Shown here: positions 40,459 to 48,710 of the stretch, in pieces
Numbering within the stretch: the stretch's first letter is position 1
How the letters are laid out: every line of letters begins with the position of its first letter
Source: Alistipes sp.
GTDB lineage: Bacteria; Bacteroidota; Bacteroidia; Bacteroidales; Rikenellaceae
Assembly: GCA_017505725.1 (NCBI GenBank)
Contig: JAFVOR010000102.1
Coordinates: forward strand, 20,634 to 84,633
DNA length: 64,000 bases
Direction: 5' to 3'
Notes under the pieces: model-generated
The model's input: the letters and a program-made list of their open reading frames with translations, nothing else
The model's database searches: none
What the model was told of the DNA's origin: nothing
Made by a program: the position numbers and the translations under genes

Positions 40459-40931
40459 ACCTTATATATATAGGCGCAGCGGCTCGCGTGCCTGCAAAAA
40501 AGCCCATCGTTGAGCCAAAATTCGCGGACAATGAGTCGTGCGAGATAAAATATGCGATTCTCAGCGAGTTAAAATATGTCTGTTTTGCACGCTATGTCAC
40601 TGATAACCAACAATAAGCAGGCGCATTGTTGGTGTGAGACAAACCAAATGTTCTAACTATAAAACTGCGCGTTGTGCGAATCTTTGCTAATTATTTTTAT
40701 CTTTGTAGTGAAATTTACGGTTATTGCCAAAGAGTAGAGCCGAGCAACCAAAATATGGGCAGTTTGGCACTCAGCAGGGTACTCTACCCTCTCATTGCAA
40801 AATGATGTAATATGTACATAAAGTTAGTAAAATAATCGATAAAAACAAAAGGGAAAACAGCGCAGCACGATGGTGTAACGCTGTTTTTTGTTGTTTTTCG
40901 ATATGTGAGCGGAGTTTACAATTGTAAACTT

Positions 40932-41273
40932 TTACACCTCAACGCATATGGCATAGGGCATATAGGCGCCTTTGGTTGAGCAATGCGACGCGCGTACTTG
41001 AACACGGAAAACGCCCAACTTTGGCAGCCAATGCCAGGAGCCGACACCACCGCGCCAATATATGCGTCTATCGGCAGCAGATAGGCCCAACACTGCCAAT
41101 TTGGCGTACAATAGTTCGGCCCGCTGCCCTTTGTACCACTTGGCAAGGGCAATCACACGCTGCCGCAAATCAATCTGCGACAACGAAGGATCACGATGGT
41201 AGGAACGGACACTGCGACGCTGCAGCAACTGCTGCCGCTTTTTGCGTTGCTTTAGTTTAACATAATAGGACAT
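40932..41273 (-). CDS. Small basic hypothetical protein (113 aa)
   Basis: ATG ORF with TATCTTTG promoter at 41302-41309 and a downstream hairpin at 40855-40889; no family recognised. Confidence 0.45.
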   Translation of the reverse strand: MSYYVKLKQRKKRQQLLQRRSVRSYHRDPSLSQIDLRQRVIALAKWYKGQRAELLYAKLAVLGLSAADRRIYWRGGVGSWHWLPKLGVFRVQVRASHCSTKGAYMPYAICVEV

Positions 41274-41282
41274 ATTGCAGCA
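41255..41282 (-). other. Internal inverted dif-like site
   Basis: Minus strand TGCTGCAATATGTCCTATTATGTTAAAC versus right site TGCGGTAATATGTAC-ATTATGTTAAAT. Confidence 0.65.
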
Positions 41283-41349
41283 AGATTTTACATTAACTGC
41301 ACAAAGATAAATGATTGAACCTCAACACATAACAAATTCATAACATTTG

Positions 41350-42100
41350 AAGCGGTTGTGGTCGCTGCTGCTGCTGTGTAGAAACTTTTGGCGGGTAGGC
41401 GGCCGAAGGCCGCAACAGGCGAGGCGGGGACCGCTGCCCGTCAGGGCGTGCGCATAGGGCAGCGGCACGCGGGGTGACGCCCCGCGCCCCGACAAAGCCC
41501 CCGACAAAGATAGAAGGCGGGCCGCTGCGGGTGGCTGCACTGCTGCACGCTTGCCCTGGGGGCAAAGTGTGCAGCGGTGGAATAGACGCACGCAGCGGGC
41601 CGACAGCCGCGGGGCGGCCCGCCACCTTTGCCACGCATACACGCAAGGGCGGGGGCAATGCCACCGCTTGTATACCCTTGCGTGTTTGTGGGGCAATTTG
41701 CGTGTTCGGGCCGCAACCGCGGTACCGCTTTGGGTGGGGTTGGGGGCGCCCCCCGCTACGGACCGAGAGCCAACCACAGCGGACAACCACAACACGCTAA
41801 ACTATGCGCAGTAGGACCGCGTAGCATAGCGGGGAAAGGCGGGGCCATAGTGGCGAATTGTCGCCACTATTCGCTGCTGCTGTGGCTGCTGCCATCTGCT
41901 GCTGCACCTTGGTACCCGCTGATATGCTGCAAAGGCTGAAACGAGCCAAGAGGGAGCCGATAAGCACCAAGAAGGAACGAGCGACTAACCAAGCGTCGTT
42001 TTTTGGGGGTGGTGACTGAAACGAGCCACCACCAAAAACGATGAGCCGAAGGCATAAAAAGAGGGACCACACCGCCAAGCGAGGCCCCCACAACTACCAG
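41350..42100. other. GC-rich multi-hairpin non-coding region (structured RNA or single-strand origin)
   Basis: At least 8 stems identified by eye; minus-strand TATCTTTG at 42130-42137. Confidence 0.6.
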
Positions 42101-42158
42101 TCAATAGTCAATCCTTACTAACTCCGCGACAAAGATACAACAAAAACCGGAAACTTGA

Positions 42159-43073
42159 TTACCTCAACGCCTTCAATCTGCCATAAGTGTATGCGTTAAA
42201 AGTACAATAGCCCATTTTGCAAGCACGATAATAAGACGCAGCGAGTTTGTCAGTGTTGCCGCCGTACAATTTGCGCACTTTTTTAAGGTCGGGCAGTTCC
42301 TCAACCTCACGCTTTTTGCCAAGATGGCCCCAGGATTGCACAGCACGCACACCCTCAACAGCGAAAAAGTCGTCAATAACAACCGCTGCGGCCTTGATAT
42401 TGACTGATTGAATGTTGAGGTTGTCAAAGTGGACAAGGTCCACACGCGACACACGACACGCAGCACCGAACGAGAGATAGACAAAGCCGCTGCAGCGGGC
42501 ATAATATTCGACGCGAAAGGGCATAGATATGTGGTATTCCTCAATGATGGTGACACCATCGCGCCTAATATGCCTATTTGGACTATCCCAAAAGAGTGAA
42601 TATTTGTCAGGCATCTTGGGCATAGCCTTTGTGGCGCTCTTGAGTTTATCGAAAATAACCGTCAAAGTGTGCGGATATTGTACAGTACGCTTGCACCATT
42701 GGCGGCAGATGTACTCAAGTACTTGAGCGCAGTTGGTGGCAACCTTGATATTTGGCGAATACCACCCGCCACCAAGAGGGGTGACACCGAAGGCACGACA
42801 GCCGACAGCAGCGGGCAAATCATCCATACGCTGACGATACCGAATATCGGCGTTGATAATCTTGCGAAAAGTAGCAGAGAGCAACCGAACATATGGGCCG
42901 ATTTGGTTTTGCCGCAATTTTACATTTGTAAACAATTCGGCAATGTAGGTGTATTTGCCAAAGTGGTAAGAAAATTTTTCATTTTGCACACCGAAGGCAA
43001 AATCACCGCGTAATAACTGAGTGAAAGATAGCGCTAAATTAGACGCATTTTGGAAGGTTGTTTTTTTGGGCAT
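42159..43073 (-). CDS. Orphan hypothetical protein (~304 aa), possible rolling-circle initiator
   Basis: Long ORF from ATG 43073; codon usage unlike host genes; VSRVDLVHFD weakly resembles a Rep_trans motif. Confidence 0.6.
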   Translation of the reverse strand: MPKKTTFQNASNLALSFTQLLRGDFAFGVQNEKFSYHFGKYTYIAELFTNVKLRQNQIGPYVRLLSATFRKIINADIRYRQRMDDLPAAVGCRAFGVTPLGGGWYSPNIKVATNCAQVLEYICRQWCKRTVQYPHTLTVIFDKLKSATKAMPKMPDKYSLFWDSPNRHIRRDGVTIIEEYHISMPFRVEYYARCSGFVYLSFGAACRVSRVDLVHFDNLNIQSVNIKAAAVVIDDFFAVEGVRAVQSWGHLGKKREVEELPDLKKVRKLYGGNTDKLAASYYRACKMGYCTFNAYTYGRLKALR

Positions 43074-43162
43074 AGTAACGGATTTTTGAAAGGTAAATAA
43101 TTGGGCGAGAAATATTTGGCGGTCTCGCCCATATTGACTAAATTTGTACCTACTACCAAACA

Positions 43163-43190
43163 ATGCGGTAATATGTACATTATGTTAAAT
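43163..43190 (+). other. dif-like XerC/XerD site
   Basis: TTATGTTAAAT is identical to the E. coli dif XerD arm; centre TGTACA versus E. coli TGTATA. Confidence 0.7.
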
Positions 43191-43240
43191 TGTATATGGG
43201 GGAGGGTGGTAATATGTGTAAGTAAGTGCTTGGTTGGTTA

Positions 43241-43336
43241 ATCGGCAAATGATAATATCGGCAAATGATAATATCGGCAGATGAGTTAATCAGCAGTTGA
43301 GTTAATCAGCAAATGATTATATCAGCAGATGGGATT
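43241..43336 (+). repeat. 16-bp tandem repeat x6
   Basis: ATCRGCARWTGRKWWW-type units at 43241, 43257, 43273, 43289, 43305 and 43321. Confidence 0.85.
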
Positions 43337-43447
43337 GAGCAATGCGGTTGCAATTTGGTCTAATTGATAGTTCGTTGATCAAGAATATGATATTACTTGT
43401 AGCGGATTTGATGGGGCCTGAGTGAATTTGAAAGAGTTGAAATTAGT

Positions 43448-44329
43448 ATGATGATGAAAAAGTTATGTATAAAGATCGTTGTTGCGGTGATGGCTGCAGC
43501 GTTGTGTGTTGCGTGTGGCAACAGAAATATTGTAGTTGAAAATCGCGCTGTTGTGTCGATTGCTCCGCTTAAACCGCTTGTGGAGAGCATCTTAGGCGAC
43601 GACTTCGAGATTAGTGTGCTTGTGCCACAAGGTGCTTCGCCCGAGACATTCGAGCCTACAGCCAAGCAGCTCAGCGAGGTGGAGTCAGCGCGATTTGTCT
43701 TCGGCACGGGGGTGCTTGAGTTTGAGCAGGCACTACTCCACCGCGTTGCCCGCAACGAGCAGATTGTCAACCTTTCTCGAGGCATAGAGCTTATTGCCGG
43801 CACCTGCTCTCACGCCCACCACGACCACGAAGGAGCGGCACATTCGCACGCTCACGGAGTCGATCCGCACATCTGGTGCTCGCCCAAGTCACTCAGCAAG
43901 ATGGCGGAGAATGTCTACTCTGCCATTGCACGCGAAATGCCCGACTCGACAAAGTATGATGAGCGTTACACTACCCTATGTATCAAGCTGTTAGAGCTCG
44001 ACGAGGAGGTGTCGGAGATGTGCAGTCAGAGCACTCACCACAGCTTTCTCATCTACCATCCGGCACTCACCTACCTCGCTCGCGACTACAATCTCGAGCA
44101 GGTGGCAATCGAGAACGAGGGCAAGGAGCCGAGCGCAAAACATCTGGCACGCATCATCGAGCACGCACGCAAAGATGGTGTTCGCAACATCTTCTACCAA
44201 TCGGAGTTTCCCGCATCGTCGGTCGAGGTCATCTGTCGTGATATAAATGCCAAAGCTGTGGAAATCAATCCATTAGACGAGGATATATTCGCCAATATCC
44301 GCAATATCGTAACACTAATCACCGAGTAG
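43448..44329 (+). CDS. znuA: Zn/Mn ABC transporter substrate-binding lipoprotein
   Basis: Lipobox VACG; SPETFEP; His-rich loop; DPHIW; YHP; GKEPS. Confidence 0.9.
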   Translation: MMMKKLCIKIVVAVMAAALCVACGNRNIVVENRAVVSIAPLKPLVESILGDDFEISVLVPQGASPETFEPTAKQLSEVESARFVFGTGVLEFEQALLHRVARNEQIVNLSRGIELIAGTCSHAHHDHEGAAHSHAHGVDPHIWCSPKSLSKMAENVYSAIAREMPDSTKYDERYTTLCIKLLELDEEVSEMCSQSTHHSFLIYHPALTYLARDYNLEQVAIENEGKEPSAKHLARIIEHARKDGVRNIFYQSEFPASSVEVICRDINAKAVEINPLDEDIFANIRNIVTLITE

Positions 44330-44331
44330 CT

Positions 44332-45084
44332 ATGGAGCCTATCGTATCACTCAAAGATGTAACCGTTCGTTACGACGAGACCACCGCTCTCGAGGGTGTC
44401 TCGCTCGACATCTACCCCGATGATTTCCTGGGCATAATTGGTCCGAATGGCGGTGGCAAGACCACCCTTGTCAAGGCAATTTTGGGCGCACTACCCTACT
44501 CGGGCACCGTTCACCACTCCCCCACTCTCACGGAGCGTGGCCATCGTCAGATTGGCTATCTGCCACAACAGGCCGAGTTCGATCGCTCGTTTCCTATCTC
44601 GGTTGTGGAGGTTGTGATGTCGGGACTACAGGCCGAAAAGCGACTCTTTTCTCGCTACACCAAAGCCGACCGCGAGAAGGCGATGCAGCTGCTCGAAATG
44701 GCTGGTATTGAGGCTATTGCCGACCGTCAGATAAGCGAGATTTCGGGCGGTCAGATGCAACGCGCACTACTCTGCCGAGCGGTTATCTTAGAGCCTAAAT
44801 TGCTGATTCTCGACGAGCCTACGAACTTTGTGGACAACCAATTCGAGAACGAACTCTACACGCTCTTGCATCGTCTGAACGAGCGTATGGCGATAGTTAT
44901 GGTGTCGCACGATCTGGGCACTATTACAAGTGTGGTGAAGAGCATTGTCTGCGTGAATCGCACCGTTCATCGCCACGACTCGAACATCATCACCGCCGAG
45001 CAGTTGGAGAACTACCACTGCCCTATCCAGATTATCTCGCACGGACACATTCCACACACGGTCCTGGAGCATCACCACCACTAA
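44332..45084 (+). CDS. znuC: Zn/Mn ABC transporter ATPase
   Basis: GPNGGGKT, YLPQ, SGGQMQR, LDEP, VSHD; His-rich tail. Confidence 0.92.
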   Translation: MEPIVSLKDVTVRYDETTALEGVSLDIYPDDFLGIIGPNGGGKTTLVKAILGALPYSGTVHHSPTLTERGHRQIGYLPQQAEFDRSFPISVVEVVMSGLQAEKRLFSRYTKADREKAMQLLEMAGIEAIADRQISEISGGQMQRALLCRAVILEPKLLILDEPTNFVDNQFENELYTLLHRLNERMAIVMVSHDLGTITSVVKSIVCVNRTVHRHDSNIITAEQLENYHCPIQIISHGHIPHTVLEHHHH

Positions 45085-45108
45085 ACAGATACCCCTCCCA
45101 CAAAAAGA

Positions 45109-45137
45109 ACTGCGCCCCTCGCAATGAGGGGCGCAGT
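45109..45137. terminator. Bidirectional terminator
   Basis: ACTGCGCCCCTC-GCAAT-GAGGGGCGCAGT. Confidence 0.8.
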
Positions 45138-45161
45138 CGTTGTTTATGATATTGCTATCGA

Positions 45162-47513
45162 TTACATTACTACAACAGTGATGTACGACTTGTCGTAGTT
45201 AGTAAGCACGCTTTCGAGGTAAGCCTTCATCTCGTTGTTTACAACATAGATGGTCATTGTAGGCACCGGAGCAGCCATATTTGTGAAGCTGTTAACCTCG
45301 ATTGTGAACTCAGGAGAGAGGATCTTAACCTCGGTCAAAGACTCGCAGTCACGGAATGCATAAGTACCGATATAGTTTACCGATGCAGGAATCTCAATCG
45401 AAGTGAGGCCTGTGTTACGCAATACATCCTTCTCGAGACGAGTTACGCCGTTAGGGATGTTGATAGAGGTCAAACCAACGCACTCTGCGAATGCACCCTC
45501 ACCGATTGTAGCAACGCTTGCAGGAATAGTTACATTAGCGAGCTTCGAGCACGACTGGAATACTGCAGTTCCGATCTCGGTAAGAGAGTTTGGCAACGCA
45601 ACAGTTACCAACTCACCACACTTACGGAATGTACGGTTACCAACAACCTCGATACCCTCCGATACGGTTGCGCTTGTCAAAGCAGCAGCACCCTCGATTA
45701 CGCCACGAACAGTTGTAGCCTCCTCAGCCGAAGAGGTGATAACAACCTCGCCATACTTAGCGATGTAAGCAACATCGTTCCACAAGAACATTGTTGCCTC
45801 GCCATTATCAGTTGCAAGAGCAGTAGCAACATCAGCAGTGCTCTCGGTTACAGAAGTTACATTTGCAGCAACTGCAGCATCAGCAACAACCTCTGGCAAC
45901 ACATAGTAAAGATTTCCAACTGGAGCAACCTTGTAACCTGCTGCGAGGTGGTTTGCAGGATTCAACTTAGCACCATTATCGAGGCTGAATACACCGCCGT
46001 AAATCTTCAATACGTGAGTCGAATTAGCGTGGAACGACTGACCATCATAGCTAACAGTGAAGTTACCACCGTAAATGTCAGTAGTTGCAGTCTCGCCATT
46101 GAATCTCCAACCTCCATAGAATTCACCACCATTGATAATGAGCTTACCATTCTTCTCATAGGTAAACATATATGGTGCAAACTGTGGAATCACGCCATTA
46201 ACGTTCCTGAATGTACCACCGTTGATTGTAACAACAGAGTTCTCCGATACATTAATCATTGCGTTGTTTGTACCACCGATAGTAGCATCGAAAGTACCAC
46301 CATTGATAACAACCTCGGTATTTACAGCCTTCAAGAGGTGCTGAAATGTACCAGCGCTCCAGTTTGAAGTGCCTGTGAAAGTACCACCATTGACAGTAAC
46401 CTTACCACCGTGCGAACGGATAGCTCCCATACCATTGAGGTCACCGTTGCCCTCGATAGTCAACTCCGAGTAGTTCTCGATAGCGTAACCAGCAGGGTTG
46501 TTGATAGTCTTACCATTGAGGTTGATTGTCATAGCAGCCATAACCTCGAGTGGAGCAGTCAAAACTACATCCTCAGACAAGGTAATAGTACCACCGTTCA
46601 AAGCAGCATTCTGAAGAGCCTCAAGCTCGTGTGCAGGCTCGTAGTACTCAGGCTTGATTACTACATTGATATCCACGTCGCTTGTGAGCAACTGACCGTA
46701 GATGTTGGTACGGTAGTTACGCTGTACAGGTACAGAGCCTACAGTGCGAGTCTTAGCAGCAGCTGCATCGCTCTCGGTGTAACCGAACTCGATGTCAACA
46801 ACCTCCTTCTGGCTATTAACGAGCAAGTAGTTCATTGCCAAGTACTCATAACCAGCAACTGGGAAAGTCTCACCAGTAGGGATTGCAGCATAGTCGAAAG
46901 AGATAGCTGCGTCAGTACCCTCAACCTCATCGTTCCAAAGGTTGAGAACATCACCAAGCTGTGTAACCTTTACATACGACTTAGTAGGCTCATAACCAGC
47001 CTCCTCTGCGTGAAGGTAGTCGTTGGTACCGATGTTGAGCTGTGCGAATGGACGACGGAGCTCGATAGTCTCGGTCTGTGCACCAGTAACGGTGAAGGTG
47101 TGACGCTTGTAGAATGCATCGAGATTCTCGTTGTTAGACTTTACACCATTGTAATTAATGGTCATAGTCTTAGCATCGAAATCAACTGTGTAAGGTGCAT
47201 TTGGAGCAGCTGCCCAGAAGATTACGGTGTAGGTGTTACCGGTAACGAGCTTGAACGAAACGGTCTTGCTGATGTTGATTGTGTCAGGATTGTTATCCTC
47301 AACCGAACGTGTGAGAGCAGTCAGCTCATTCTCACCCTCATAGACAGCGTACTGGAGTACGGTAGCGGTAGTACCATCGCTGTAAGCACGGGTAGGAGTG
47401 CCAACCTCGAAGGTAACGTCCACCTCACCACCTGCGACACCAACCTCGTTGATGTCGGTCTGGCAAGCAACCATTGCAAAGGCTGCAGCCAATACTAGGA
47501 AAAGTTTTTTCAT
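45162..47513 (-). CDS. Pilin-like (DUF6562-type) lipoprotein with beta-helix-like middle and C-terminal BspA-type LRRs
   Basis: Lipobox VAC; TRA processing site; RPFAQLNIGT; NYRTNIYGQLLT; INGGTF repeats; IPxSVxxIGxxAF repeats. Confidence 0.78.
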   Translation of the reverse strand: MKKLFLVLAAAFAMVACQTDINEVGVAGGEVDVTFEVGTPTRAYSDGTTATVLQYAVYEGENELTALTRSVEDNNPDTINISKTVSFKLVTGNTYTVIFWAAAPNAPYTVDFDAKTMTINYNGVKSNNENLDAFYKRHTFTVTGAQTETIELRRPFAQLNIGTNDYLHAEEAGYEPTKSYVKVTQLGDVLNLWNDEVEGTDAAISFDYAAIPTGETFPVAGYEYLAMNYLLVNSQKEVVDIEFGYTESDAAAAKTRTVGSVPVQRNYRTNIYGQLLTSDVDINVVIKPEYYEPAHELEALQNAALNGGTITLSEDVVLTAPLEVMAAMTINLNGKTINNPAGYAIENYSELTIEGNGDLNGMGAIRSHGGKVTVNGGTFTGTSNWSAGTFQHLLKAVNTEVVINGGTFDATIGGTNNAMINVSENSVVTINGGTFRNVNGVIPQFAPYMFTYEKNGKLIINGGEFYGGWRFNGETATTDIYGGNFTVSYDGQSFHANSTHVLKIYGGVFSLDNGAKLNPANHLAAGYKVAPVGNLYYVLPEVVADAAVAANVTSVTESTADVATALATDNGEATMFLWNDVAYIAKYGEVVITSSAEEATTVRGVIEGAAALTSATVSEGIEVVGNRTFRKCGELVTVALPNSLTEIGTAVFQSCSKLANVTIPASVATIGEGAFAECVGLTSINIPNGVTRLEKDVLRNTGLTSIEIPASVNYIGTYAFRDCESLTEVKILSPEFTIEVNSFTNMAAPVPTMTIYVVNNEMKAYLESVLTNYDKSYITVVVM

Positions 47514-47612
47514 AGTCTTTTAGTTTATGAAAGTTAATAAGTGAAATTATTTGGTAAAAATATGTGCTGATCTAAATGGTCTAATATATATTATTATATA
47601 TAGGTATAACCA

Positions 47613-48710
47613 TTAAGGGAATACAACCGGTACATTGTAGTCATCGCCATCGAAGCCAGGGTTGATAGCCACACCTCCCGTAGCCTTCGAGGTGAGGAAC
47701 TCGCCACGAACATCGGTGAGCATACTACGCTTAACCGGCACATTCACCGGATTCGACTTCGACATCAACTGATTGTCCTTGTCGTAAACCTCTACCGAGA
47801 TATTCAGCGTGGTCTCGACACCATTCACAAAGATGTAGTCGTAGCCGAGCAACATCTCGGTCTTGCTCAATCGGTACATTGGGCTGGTGAACGACATACC
47901 TGTCCACGAGTCGGCTGGCTTGTCGGTAAAGATGTTGTACGAACAAGGCATAAAGAGGTTGTAGCGGAAGAGAACCTTGAAGTCGCCAATATCGATGCGC
48001 TCCTTCAGCTCCTCGAGCGTAGGCTCTTTCTCACCAAGTGGCGTATTGAGCTTGCCCGCCTCCTTGAGCGCCATAGCCAAGCGGTCGAGGAAGAGCTCCA
48101 CATCGGTAGAGATGAAGCGGTACTTACCCATAGGTCGGCGCATCTCGACAGTAGCCTCGTTCTTGAAGCTCGATGCAATAGGGCCGCGATAGAACTGAGG
48201 ATCGACGATCTCGCCACGAACAGTGCCTCGGAAGGCATCACGGTAGTCGTTGCTACCCTCGTGGTTGTTGCGATTCATCAATATAATCTCGGCAAAGTCG
48301 CTTGTGTTGTAGTATTTGTCCTCTGTGCTACCCGCATCGACATAGTCGCACCATACGCGGAAGTCGTAGAGACCCTCAGGCAACTCGAACTGTACGGTGT
48401 GGTTGAGATCGGTGAGGTCAGCCTTGGTGAATACAAGAACGCTATCGGCAATACGGTTCTCCTCGCGCGCATTCACGCGGTACGCGCCAATAAGGTATCG
48501 GATGTCGTGCTCCTCGTGTGGTGCCTTGGTAGTCTCGCCATCACGGGTGTAGATAACCTCCTTGTAGAGAGGCATCTCGGTATCGAAGTTGATGTGCAGG
48601 GTGAATGGCACGGGATCCCCGTTGTACTCAGGGAACTCGTGTACATCGCATCCTGCCGCAACAAAGAGCGACATTACGCAAACGAGTATGTAGCGTAGTT
48701 TGTTCATCAC
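47613..48710 (-). CDS. Pilin/anchor-like (DUF6562-type) lipoprotein
   Basis: Lipobox AAGC; WCDY, RDAFRG, RPMGKYRFISTD, GGVAINPGFDGD. Confidence 0.72.
   Translation of the reverse strand: MMNKLRYILVCVMSLFVAAGCDVHEFPEYNGDPVPFTLHINFDTEMPLYKEVIYTRDGETTKAPHEEHDIRYLIGAYRVNAREENRIADSVLVFTKADLTDLNHTVQFELPEGLYDFRVWCDYVDAGSTEDKYYNTSDFAEIILMNRNNHEGSNDYRDAFRGTVRGEIVDPQFYRGPIASSFKNEATVEMRRPMGKYRFISTDVELFLDRLAMALKEAGKLNTPLGEKEPTLEELKERIDIGDFKVLFRYNLFMPCSYNIFTDKPADSWTGMSFTSPMYRLSKTEMLLGYDYIFVNGVETTLNISVEVYDKDNQLMSKSNPVNVPVKRSMLTDVRGEFLTSKATGGVAINPGFDGDDYNVPVVFP

Larger units (their letters stand above)
40802..43190. mobile_element. Putative Xer-integrated small element (IMEX-like), 2361 bp between direct dif-like repeats
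   Basis: Left ATGATGTAATA TGTACA TAAAGTTAGTA; right ATGCGGTAATA TGTACA TTATGTTAAAT; atypical composition; no integrase. Confidence 0.68.

Noticed and set aside
41322-42093. Several overlapping 74-157 aa ORFs in the GC-rich region
   Set aside because: Pro/Arg/Gly/Ala-rich translations on both strands with alternative starts, as expected from high GC with few stops; the hairpin structure explains the region better.
43199-43206. GGGGAGGG KOPS-like octamer next to the dif-like site
   Set aside because: Single copy pointing away from the site, and the Bacteroidota FtsK motif is not known to me.
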